This document shows, piece by piece, positions 47,818 through 57,272 of a DNA stretch of 64,000 nt. The stretch is taken from assembly GCA_019057475.1 (NCBI GenBank), contig DXJO01000004.1, forward strand, positions 32,001 through 96,000, written 5' to 3'. The notes under the pieces are model-generated. The model ran no database searches. It worked only from the letters and a program-made list of their open reading frames with translations, and was not told where the DNA came from. Numbering within the stretch: position 1 is the stretch's first letter; the number at the start of each line of letters is the position of its first letter. The stretch is from Candidatus Thorarchaeota archaeon. GTDB taxonomy: Archaea; Asgardarchaeota; Thorarchaeia; Thorarchaeales; Thorarchaeaceae. The translations under genes and the position numbers were made by a program.

Positions 47818-49548
47818 TTATTTCTTCTTCATGAAGAGGTAGGTCACAATTACACCTACAATCAGCGCACCAGCACCAATTCCAATCACGAGAACCCAGT
47901 CAACGCCTGTTGGAGGTTCAGTAACTAAACCAGAGTCGTACATAAAGACCATAGCTCGTGGGTTGAATGATGTAAATGGTCCACCGGGTGGTGTAGTGAA
48001 GTTGACCCACTCAGCTCTCATTGCGTGAGTGTCATCAGACAAGAAGAGTGGTATGAATGGCTTGTGCTCAAGGCAGTCAAGTTGAACTTGCCTTGCTGCA
48101 GCAGCTATTGTCGCGGGTGTAGCGCCCACGAAGTCATCCAAATGTGTGTCTACTGCAGTATCACTGAGACCATAACAGTTGTCACCCCAGTCAACAATGT
48201 TGTCTGAGTGCATTCTCCACCAGACATGGTCTGGTACAGCACTGTAACCGTGACTCATCTCATAAGCGATGAATGCACGTGGTTCTGCATAAATGCCTTC
48301 ATACATTGGACCATCATCCATAACTTTGACGTTACAGTCGATACCTATTTTGGCTAGTTGAAGCTTGATACCTGTTCCAGTTGCTACGCTGATGTCATCC
48401 CATGAGAGGACCCAGAGGTCAAAATCTAGATCATCAAAGAAGCCATCCTCGTCTCCGTCTGTGTATGTATCATTCAAAAGGTCGATTGCTGCATCAATGT
48501 CCTGAGTTGGGAATGCGCCATCATTATCAAAGTATGCTGGGAAGAACTCGGCTGGAATGCAACTGTTAGTTGGTGTTCCAAATCCAAGTCTGCCAATGTT
48601 GATAAGTTCTTGACGATCAATTCCTAGTGCAATTGCATCTCTAACATCAGGATCATCGAATGGTGCAACTGTTGTATTAAATCCTAGAACATAATCCCAT
48701 TGGGATACAACACCTGTAACTAGTTGTAGTTCGGGTGCATTTAGGATTGAGTTTACATAAGCACCAAAGACTTCGTAGCGTTCTGTGTCAGCTTCACCAC
48801 TTCTCATTGCGAGAATACGAGCATCCTGACCGAGTACCACATCAATTCGAAGGCTTTCGATATTCGGTAGTTGACCCACATATGGATTATCAGGACCCCA
48901 CCAGTCGTCGTTTCTTTCCATCTGAATAAATTCACTGGGGGTTCGTGAAACGAACTTGAATGGACCTGAACCAATGTGAGCAGTTACGTTTGTAGCATCA
49001 TCCCACACAGCTGCATCGGCAGCAACACCTTCTCGAATGTGTTTTGGCAGAAGATGCATTGAACCTAAGTTATCAACAGCAAATGTAAATGGTTCATCAA
49101 ATACAACTGTAACAACCTGACCGCTAACGGTAATTGTTGTTGTATGCTGTAGTAGTGACCAATAGTTTGCATCTGCCGGTGCGGCCTTGTGATGGTCAAA
49201 AGTGAATTTGACATCTGCAGGTGTTAACGCAGTACCATCATGCCAAGTAGCACCCTCTCTTATGGTGAAGGTGACACTCATTCCATCTGCGGACACTGTC
49301 CACGCCTCGGCTAACCAAGGTATCATTTCTAGGTCGTCATCGTATGAGATAAGTGTATCATAAATCAGCATGTCGTACTAGGTTGAGCGTGCGCTACGGG
49401 CAAATATTGGGTTTTGTTCACCAATATCTGAAGGATATGCCATGACGAATTCCATGACATCATCCTGAGCCGCAACGGGTGCGCCCATCACTGGAAAGAA
49501 CAAGAGAATAGCTAGAATGATACAGCTTGCTCTCTGAGTGTTTTTCAT
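47818..49548 (-). CDS. peptide ABC solute-binding protein with in-frame TAG at 49378-49380
   Basis: Signal peptide MKNTQRASCIILAILLFFPVMGAPVAA in frame upstream of TAG; FTIREGATWHDG, GSGPF; C-terminal TM anchor. Confidence 0.88.
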
Positions 49549-49678
49549 ACAATCTTTCCTCCTATAACAACTAGAAGTAGAGTACTCTAGTGAACTTAAT
49601 CATTTGCATCGTATGGTTTAAAGCTTTTGAAAATAGTGATATCGCATGAAGAAAAAGCTGAATGGAAAGATTCGCTAA

Positions 49679-50473
49679 TCAACAGAAATCATGTTTCAAT
49701 TTCTTCTGATACAAATCATCCTTTTCACAGATACGTGATAGCGCGATACCGTTCTGAAGTGCCTTATCTAGAGAACCTTCACCTATGTTCTCTAGAAATA
49801 GGAACCTTTCCTTTCCTGATTCTATGTTTTGGAAAATCGCCATTATTGTTTGAATATATACGCGTTCCTCAATCTCAAAACTGTCAACTCGATATTCTAG
49901 TGGGCAATTTGTCACAAGTGATGCAGCTACTGAAAAACTGTGAATTGATTTTCGCTTCAGAGCTAGATCATTCTCTCTGTGCCGAGATTTTGGTGATCTT
50001 GGAATGAAAAGTGGAAATGCCGCACCTGATCCCAATTGAATCCCTCTAAGTTCCTCATCCATTCCAAGGAGTGTTTTCTTAGATTCTTGGATTTTGTTCA
50101 CAAATGCATCAATGAAATTTCGAAGATTATCATCATCTGAGTCTAATGCATTAGTTGAGATAATCGATTTGTCAATGCTCTGAATTCGTTTTTCAGTATG
50201 CATCGGTCTCCACAATAGAAACCAATCGTCTGAAATAATGGCAAGAGGTGCAAGTGTTTCATCTACTAGTGAGCGAAATGTTTCCTTCTGGTTTGTCTTT
50301 ATTCTTGATGCACCAAATCGCACGAACCTGAAAGGTCTCCAAATTGGTTGAGATACTGTTACAGATTCCAATTCTTGTTTACTAAGGATTCCTTTACGTT
50401 TGGCCCTCTTTCGAAAGAAGGATTCAATTTCGCCATCATCGAATTCTTCTATTTCAAAAACTTTCATCTTCAC
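49679..50473 (-). CDS. hypothetical protein
   Basis: 264-aa ORF in an AT-rich block; GAGGA RBS. Confidence 0.7.
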   Translation of the reverse strand: MKMKVFEIEEFDDGEIESFFRKRAKRKGILSKQELESVTVSQPIWRPFRFVRFGASRIKTNQKETFRSLVDETLAPLAIISDDWFLLWRPMHTEKRIQSIDKSIISTNALDSDDDNLRNFIDAFVNKIQESKKTLLGMDEELRGIQLGSGAAFPLFIPRSPKSRHRENDLALKRKSIHSFSVAASLVTNCPLEYRVDSFEIEERVYIQTIMAIFQNIESGKERFLFLENIGEGSLDKALQNGIALSRICEKDDLYQKKLKHDFC

Positions 50474-50578
50474 TCCTCTAGAAACGTCGAATTAAGCACA
50501 AACTAGAACCAAATAAGAAGTTCGACTGATTCTGCATCAGAGGGAGGATAGTTCACAAGGAACTTCTTCATACAATTT

Positions 50579-50866
50579 ATGACTTCCATGATTGACAAAC
50601 TTGAGAAGCACATAGAGGAGAATCTTGAGAATGCTTTGAACGATTTGAAAGAGTTCGTTCGTATTCCTTCTATTGCAACTAAGAATCAAGGCATAGTGGA
50701 GGCTGCTGAATTTCTAAAAAGCCATCTTAGTAGTGCGGGAGTGAAAGTGAAAATTCACAATACATCAGGTTCACCTGTTGTTACAGGCCATCTTGATGTT
50801 GGCGCAAAACGAGCTCCTGAGTTTATTTAAAAGAACGCCGATTTTCTGAAGGCTGATGGAGGGATA
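50579..50866 (+). pseudogene. M20 peptidase remnant (internal deletion plus stop)
   Basis: N-terminus aligns with 51453..52793 up to DVGAKR, then jumps to PEFI*KNADFLKADGGI. Confidence 0.85.
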
Positions 50867-50974
50867 TCGGCGGACTATGTCTGTGCTTTCATGAATAGAG
50901 GCGTTGCACACGACCGTCCTGCGAAGGAACAAAAGCGCGGACCAGGATGGGCATCTCTAAGAGAAAAAGGGTGG

Positions 50975-51216
50975 ACTGTACTGCCTGTTTTGCACATAGA
51001 CGAAGCCTCGCTTGTCTTTGGCGGACGGAAGGAGGATGCTGATCCGCGACTTGGACTGAAATACTTTGGGCCATTCCACACGGACGAGAGAAACCAACGC
51101 CACAGATGCGTATCGGAATCATAGCAATGGGCAGTACACATGCCTTAGCAAGAGCGTTTCTGGAGATGCTAGGGATTGAGCAGAAGTCACATAGTAGTAC
51201 GACGAATTCTCTTTGA
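50975..51216 (+). pseudogene. prokaryotic Argonaute-like remnant (L2/MID-proximal segment)
   Basis: HIDEASLVFGGRKEDADPRLGLKYFGPF, then after a frameshift (~51088) QMRIGII...ALARAFLEML. Confidence 0.6.
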
Positions 51217-51452
51217 TGAATTCTATTCGACGTATCTCTTTGATAGAGTCCGGGTTAGAGTTTCTTTGTTGAAGATGGGTCCGTCGAGAGCAATCATCAT
51301 GTTGGCGTCCTTATGGTGGGAAGATGTCCTTAATGTATATGGTTCGGGTATTCGAAGATAAGCAGTTCGTTTCGACGTTCCGCACATATCGGTCCTCCTA
51401 GATGGGAGAGTATTTGACTAAGCAAGGTTCCCCAAGACACTGGTCGATGCAT

Positions 51453-52793
51453 ATGTACGATGCTGTGATTGAGTTCATTGATGATAACATAGAGCGTTCG
51501 ATAGATTCTCTCAAGGAGCTCTGTCGTATCCCAACTGTGGCCGCGAAAGGACAGGGTCTTGAAGAGACCGCGGAACTGGTGAGCAAGATGCTTGAGGACG
51601 CAGGTCTTGAGACCCAGCTTCATAAAACATCCGGAGCACCGGTTGTCACAGCGATTTTCGACGTTGGGGCAAAGAGGACACTCATGTTCTATGACCATTA
51701 TGACGTCCAGCCAGCGGAGCCACTCGACCTCTGGGATTCAGAGCCCTTTGAGCCCGAAGCCCGGAATGGCAGGCTGTACGGTCGGGGGGTGGCTGACAAT
51801 AAAGGCGACACGGTTTCAAGAATCTGGACAATCAAAGCATTCACTGAAACCAAAACCGACCTGCCGGTCAACATCAAGTTCGTTGTGGAAGGTGAAGAGG
51901 AGATTGGAAGCTTGCACCTTCCTGAGTTCACCAAGAAGAATACTGAATTCCTGAAGGCTGATGGAGGGATTTGGGAGTTCGGCGGCGCTGGAATCGATGG
52001 CGTGCAAGAAGCCTGGCTCGGTCTGAAAGGGGTCTTTTTCGTAGAGCTTGAGGTCGAACGCTTAAACAAGGATGTTCACTCAAGCACGGCCTGCATCCTC
52101 CCGTCGGCGGCATATCGTCTAGTTTGGGCGCTGGCTTCACTGAAGGACGAGAATGATAAGATACTCATCGAAGGCTTCTATGATGACGCCAAGCCGCTAT
52201 CAGCAGCTGAGCTTGATGCGATCAAGAAGATAGACATGCACGAGCAGATGTGGAAGACTGAATACGGACTAGACGAGTATCTAATGAGCCTGTCTGGTGA
52301 TGCACTGAAGGAGGCCTACTATAATGCTCCAACCTGCAACATCTGTGGTTTGACGAGTGGTTATCAAGGCAAAGGCTCCATGACAGTTCTTCCTGCAAAA
52401 GCATCGGTCAAGATTGATTTCAGGCTCGTGGAAGACATGGGTCCGAATGACATTCATCGGAAGCTCAGGTTGCACCTAGATAGACGCGGGTTCACAGACG
52501 TGAAGATTTCCTACTCCGAGGGATATCCGGCAGCCAAAACACCGGTTGACCATCCTTTTGTTGAGATTGTCGCAAAGGCTAATCAAAAGGTGTTCGGAGA
52601 CTTGAGGATACAAGTAACGAGCCCTGGCTCTGGGCCTCTCTATCTTTTCAAGGAACATGTTCCAATGGTGTCTATTGGATGTGGAGATTCCAAGAGTAGC
52701 GTGCACTCTCCAAACGAGAGCATAATCTTGGAGAACTATAGGAAATCCATGCATCGTCTTGTCTATGTCATTGACGAGATGGGTCGCTGGTGA
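51453..52793 (+). CDS. M20/M25/M40 metallopeptidase (dipeptidase-like)
   Basis: DHYDVQP, GRGVADNKG, EGEEE, HSPNE. Confidence 0.95.
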   Translation: MYDAVIEFIDDNIERSIDSLKELCRIPTVAAKGQGLEETAELVSKMLEDAGLETQLHKTSGAPVVTAIFDVGAKRTLMFYDHYDVQPAEPLDLWDSEPFEPEARNGRLYGRGVADNKGDTVSRIWTIKAFTETKTDLPVNIKFVVEGEEEIGSLHLPEFTKKNTEFLKADGGIWEFGGAGIDGVQEAWLGLKGVFFVELEVERLNKDVHSSTACILPSAAYRLVWALASLKDENDKILIEGFYDDAKPLSAAELDAIKKIDMHEQMWKTEYGLDEYLMSLSGDALKEAYYNAPTCNICGLTSGYQGKGSMTVLPAKASVKIDFRLVEDMGPNDIHRKLRLHLDRRGFTDVKISYSEGYPAAKTPVDHPFVEIVAKANQKVFGDLRIQVTSPGSGPLYLFKEHVPMVSIGCGDSKSSVHSPNESIILENYRKSMHRLVYVIDEMGRW

Positions 52794-52805
52794 TTGCTCG
52801 ACGAT

Positions 52806-53783
52806 TTAGAAAAGGTGACATGCAACAGAATGGCCCGTTTCCACCTCTCGGAATTCAGGGTCCTCCGTCTTGCATTTCTCCATGCACTTCGGGCAGCGCG
52901 GATGAAATCGACAGCCTGAGGGTGGATCTATGGGACTGGGTATCTCTCCCGGTGGAATTGCTTCTGACCTCCGAGCCTTCGGATCAGGCACTGGAATCGC
53001 ACCTATCAGTCCCACAGTATAAGGATGAAGAGGGTTCTCGTAGACTTGGTTCCTGTCTCCGAGCTCAATGACTCGGCCAAGATACATTATCGCTATGCGA
53101 TCACAGACATGTCTTGCTGTCGCTAGATCGTGCGATATGAAGAGGTACGTCAGATCAAGGTCCTTCTTCAGGTCAAGCATGAGTTCAAGCAACTGAGCCT
53201 TGATGGACACGTCTACCATCGCGACTGGTTCGTCTGTGACCACGAATTCGGGGTCCATTATGATAGCTCTTCCGAAGACAACCCTCTGCTTCTGTCCACC
53301 ACTGAGTTGATGTGGGAGCCTATCATAGAATGAACTAGCAGGAGACAATCCCACCTTCTCAAGCACCTCTTCGGCTTTCTCCTTCCTTTCTGCGGGGGTG
53401 CCAAGCTTTTGGAACTTCAATGCGTCCGCTATCGCTTTACCAACTGACAGGCGCGGATTCAACGAAGATGTAGGATCTTGAAACGTGAACTGAAGTCTAC
53501 GCCTGAGAAGCCTGAGTTCCTTCCCTCTGATATCTGCGATATCCTCTCCATCATAGATGATCTGACCCTCAGTGGGTTTGAGTAGACGCACGCATAATCT
53601 TCCCATTGTAGTCTTTCCCGAACCACTCTCGCCAGCAAGACCAAGGGTTTCGCCCTTTTCTATTTGGAGTGAAACATCGTCAATTGCTCTGACAAAAGTT
53701 GTTTCTCCTTTGAACAGTGAATCGATAAAGCCCCTCTGAACGGGGAAGTACATCTTGACATTCTTTGCTTCTATGAGTGCCAT
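52806..53783 (-). CDS. peptide ABC transporter ATPase (OppF-like)
   Basis: GESGSGKT, LSGGQKQR; start trimmed to follow the upstream gene. Confidence 0.95.
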   Translation of the reverse strand: MALIEAKNVKMYFPVQRGFIDSLFKGETTFVRAIDDVSLQIEKGETLGLAGESGSGKTTMGRLCVRLLKPTEGQIIYDGEDIADIRGKELRLLRRRLQFTFQDPTSSLNPRLSVGKAIADALKFQKLGTPAERKEKAEEVLEKVGLSPASSFYDRLPHQLSGGQKQRVVFGRAIIMDPEFVVTDEPVAMVDVSIKAQLLELMLDLKKDLDLTYLFISHDLATARHVCDRIAIMYLGRVIELGDRNQVYENPLHPYTVGLIGAIPVPDPKARRSEAIPPGEIPSPIDPPSGCRFHPRCPKCMEKCKTEDPEFREVETGHSVACHLF

Positions 53784-53785
53784 CC

Positions 53786-54796
53786 TCATTTCCCTCCATA
53801 AAGGTGGCATGCCACTAGTCCACCTGTTTCGCTCTCGATAAGGGGCGGAACCTGCGTCTTGCAGATATCCATTGCCATGGGACATCTGGGATTGAACATA
53901 CACCCAGGGATGGGATCAACCAGATCAGGGGGAGCTCCTGGAATCCACACAAGCTTCTTGTCTGGCTTTGTGACATCCGGAACTGAGAGGAGCAGTGCCT
54001 GGGCATAGGGGTGCTGAGGAGCCTCAAATACGTTCTCTACAGATGCAAGCTCAACTAGTCGACCACAATACATGATTGCGATGTCATCTGCAGTTTGCGC
54101 CAATACGCCGAGATTGTGAGTGATGAGAATCATTGTCAGATTGAACTTCTTTTTCAGTTCCGCCATCTGTTCGAGGATTTGCGCCTCCACAATTACGTCA
54201 AGCGATGTTGTTGGCTCGTCTGATATCAATAGCCGCGGCCGCAAGACCAGACCAAGGCCAATCATCACTCTTTGACGCATTCCTCCGCTGAACTGGTGAG
54301 GGTAGTCTGTCACACGCTCAGGCAAAATACCTAGGCCTTCGAGAACCTCCTTTCCTCGATCAAGAGCTTCTTCTTTTTCTATCTCTGGGTCATGGGCGCG
54401 TATCATCTGAACGAAATGGCTACCAATGGTCAGCATGGGATTCAACGATGTCATGGGGTCCTGAAAGATATAGGCTATCTCCTTGCCGCGAAGAACCCTC
54501 ATTTGCTCTTCATTCAGCTCCGTGATATCGACCTCTCCTTTCGGAATATCTCCCTCCTTACATGGAATATCCTCATCGATGTTGATGTAGATATTTCCAT
54601 CCGCGATTTGCCCAGGATAAGGGACTAGTCGCATTATCGCCCTACCAAGAGTAGATTTACCGCACCCTGATTCCCCAGCCAGACCGAGCGTTCTGTTTTC
54701 CTCGAGACTTAGTCGAATCCGATCCACCGCACGAGCAACGCCCCTGCGTGTCTTGTACTCCACCGTCAAATCCTGAATCCTTAGTGCATTGGTCAT
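53786..54796 (-). CDS. peptide ABC transporter ATPase (OppD-like)
   Basis: GESGCGKS, FSGGMRQR, ISDEPTT. Confidence 0.95.
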   Translation of the reverse strand: MTNALRIQDLTVEYKTRRGVARAVDRIRLSLEENRTLGLAGESGCGKSTLGRAIMRLVPYPGQIADGNIYINIDEDIPCKEGDIPKGEVDITELNEEQMRVLRGKEIAYIFQDPMTSLNPMLTIGSHFVQMIRAHDPEIEKEEALDRGKEVLEGLGILPERVTDYPHQFSGGMRQRVMIGLGLVLRPRLLISDEPTTSLDVIVEAQILEQMAELKKKFNLTMILITHNLGVLAQTADDIAIMYCGRLVELASVENVFEAPQHPYAQALLLSVPDVTKPDKKLVWIPGAPPDLVDPIPGCMFNPRCPMAMDICKTQVPPLIESETGGLVACHLYGGK

Positions 54797-54802
54797 TCAG
54801 CA

Positions 54803-56068
54803 TCACTCTCTAAGTTTCGGTGTAAGTATTTCGCTCAGGCCTTCTCCAGCTAGCGTGAATCCAAGCGCGAGGAGCACAATCATTATTCCTGGAAATACCA
54901 TCAGCCACCATTTTCCAATTATCAGCACGCCCCAGCCCGCCGTCAAGTCGTATCCCCAATCAGCAATATCAATGGGGAATCCAAGTCCCACGAAGGTCAG
55001 TCCCGCGGCTGTTAGGATTGCATCTGCGAAGTTAATGGAGAGGACGACTATGGCTGATGGCAGTGCATTCGGGAGAATATACTGGAACAGGATTTCCCAA
55101 TCCCTAGCACCCATGACTACAGCCGCTTCGACATATGGAAGCTCCTTGATTGAGAGCACTTGACTGCGAATGACTCGATAGTACGAGGGAACGTACACTA
55201 CAGCGATAGATATCGCCATGTTGATAATTCCGGGGCCAAGCATGGCCGCGATTGCGATTGCGAGCACGAGGCCTGGAAAGGCAAAGATGCTGTCCATCAC
55301 GAGTGAAACCACTCGGTCGACCATTCCTCCCCTATACGCAGCAGCCAAGCCCGTAGGAACACCTATGATGAAACATACGATCACAGATACAACTGCCACC
55401 TGTAGCATAATTGCTCCCCCTGCGATTGTTCTGCTAAGGAGGTCCTGTCCAAGTTCAGTGGTGCCGAGTGGTGTTCTTGAGCTTGGTGGGGCGAGTGGGA
55501 GACCAACGTCAAGAGTGAAGGGGTCGTGAGGAACAATCCAGTAGGAAATGAATGTCATGTAGACAATTGAGAGTACAAGTAGGATGCCTGCTGTAACTGC
55601 TAGACCTGGATTACCTCGTTCCTTCAGCACTGGGTAGAAATCGTACAGCAAGAGACACGCAAAACCAAGTGTGAATCCGCCAGACACAAGTGCGAACCAG
55701 AGATCCAATGCAGCAGCAGGTAGGACCGCAAAGCTTGCAACAGACACGGCTATCACAATGATGACGCAGAAACCAATGAACCAAATGAATGCCCGCTTCT
55801 TAGTCAGAAACTCCTGTTCAACCATCCATCTACGCCAGGCACTGCTGACCAGCACCAGGAGTCCAATGACGAAGGTTCCCGCAACAACTTGGAGTCCTAT
55901 CCCACTATTGGATCCTACCGCAACCAGAATCAGACCTGAAATATAGATCAATGCCAAGCCAACAAGAGCCAGAAGTGCGAACCACCACTTTCCAGAACGG
56001 TTTTCGAATGTTTCTTTTGTGGGGATTAGTTGGAAGAATACACCACTGATCAATTTTGTTCTATCCAT
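54803..56068 (-). CDS. peptide ABC transporter permease (OppC-like) with N-terminal TM extension
   Basis: PLGTTELGQDLLSR, YVEAAVVMGA. Confidence 0.93.
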   Translation of the reverse strand: MDRTKLISGVFFQLIPTKETFENRSGKWWFALLALVGLALIYISGLILVAVGSNSGIGLQVVAGTFVIGLLVLVSSAWRRWMVEQEFLTKKRAFIWFIGFCVIIVIAVSVASFAVLPAAALDLWFALVSGGFTLGFACLLLYDFYPVLKERGNPGLAVTAGILLVLSIVYMTFISYWIVPHDPFTLDVGLPLAPPSSRTPLGTTELGQDLLSRTIAGGAIMLQVAVVSVIVCFIIGVPTGLAAAYRGGMVDRVVSLVMDSIFAFPGLVLAIAIAAMLGPGIINMAISIAVVYVPSYYRVIRSQVLSIKELPYVEAAVVMGARDWEILFQYILPNALPSAIVVLSINFADAILTAAGLTFVGLGFPIDIADWGYDLTAGWGVLIIGKWWLMVFPGIMIVLLALGFTLAGEGLSEILTPKLRE

Positions 56069-56080
56069 CGATATCTCTCC

Positions 56081-57091
56081 TCACAATCTGATTCTCGGGT
56101 CAAGGTAAGCGTAGAGAATATCTACAAACAGCGTTAGCATGCTCACGAGAACACCAAAGAAGACGACTGTCCCTTGGATGGCTGTATAGTCCCGGCGACT
56201 GATGCGGGCCACAAGATAAGTTCCCAAGCCCGGCCAGCTGAACGTGGTTTCGGTAAGTATAGCTCCTGCTAGGAGAGCTGCAAATTGAATTCCAATCATC
56301 GTTAGAATTGGCAGGAATGCGTTCCTGAGAGCGTATCTATAGGTGACTGTGCCATTGGAGAGTCCTCTAGCTTGCGCTGCTATGACAAAGTCCATCCTGA
56401 GGGTTTCGAGCATGTTAGTCCGTGTGAAGCGGATGAAGATGCCACACAGTATGGTACCCAATGTTATGGTTGGTAGGATGAGGTACGTGACAGAAGTCAC
56501 CAATGAGAACAAGTCGCCCGCTAGGATACTATCAATTGTGTACAATCCGGTAATTGTTGGTGGAGGAGTATAGCGTCCGGGAAATCTTCTTCCTGTGGGT
56601 AACCATCCAAGCCATATCGAGAAAATGAATTGGAGAACCATTCCTAGGAAAAAGACTGGAATCGCGTACGTCACAATGGAAAAGAGCCTTATCGAGTGAT
56701 CTGTGGTTGTATCATAATTCTTTGAAGCCTTAACACCAAGTGCAAGCCCTAGAAGAACGGCGAAGAGTATGGAGTAGATTGACAGCTCGAGGGTTGCGGG
56801 GAATCTCCCGAACAGGTGCGTGCTAATTGGCTGATAATCTTGCATCGATATACCAAAGTCACCGTGAAATATTCCCCACAGGTAATCAAAATACTGCTCA
56901 AGAATTGGCTTGTCAAGCCCGAGTCTGGTCCGGAACTCGGCAAGGACTACTGGGTCTACACCCTTCTCAAAATGAAGCAAGGCGGGATCACCTGGAATAA
57001 TCCGTAGTATAACAAATACGAGGGTGAGAAGCAGCATGACCATGGGAATCATGAGCAGCACGCGAGAGGTAACATACGATCTTAGAGTCAT
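56081..57091 (-). CDS. peptide ABC transporter permease (OppB-like)
   Basis: IPGDPA, FPATLEL, FSWPGLG, LDPRIR; start set to ATG 57091. Confidence 0.95.
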   Translation of the reverse strand: MTLRSYVTSRVLLMIPMVMLLLTLVFVILRIIPGDPALLHFEKGVDPVVLAEFRTRLGLDKPILEQYFDYLWGIFHGDFGISMQDYQPISTHLFGRFPATLELSIYSILFAVLLGLALGVKASKNYDTTTDHSIRLFSIVTYAIPVFFLGMVLQFIFSIWLGWLPTGRRFPGRYTPPPTITGLYTIDSILAGDLFSLVTSVTYLILPTITLGTILCGIFIRFTRTNMLETLRMDFVIAAQARGLSNGTVTYRYALRNAFLPILTMIGIQFAALLAGAILTETTFSWPGLGTYLVARISRRDYTAIQGTVVFFGVLVSMLTLFVDILYAYLDPRIRL

Positions 57092-57202
57092 CCAACACCA
57101 CAACAGCACGTTTCTTTTCTCTACAGCATACTCACACAAACTGAGTCTTAAGGCATGCGGATTAAGCGAAATCCCAATTCAGATCGACTAGTTCCTTTGA
57201 AC

Positions 57203-57253
57203 GAAGAAAAAAGAGAGTTCGGTGCCGCTAAACCGATTAGGATTCAGCAGCAC
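57203..57253 (-). terminator. hairpin plus U-tract between SBP and permease genes
   Basis: Minus strand GGTGCTGCTGAATC/GGTTTAGCGGCACC stem with GU pairs, then CTCTCTTTTTTCTTC. Confidence 0.65.
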
Positions 57254-57272
57254 CTACCTTTATTGATATATT

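Noticed and set aside
45400-51400. Calling the AT-rich block a mobile element
   Set aside because: No integrase, transposase, terminal repeats or tRNA target seen
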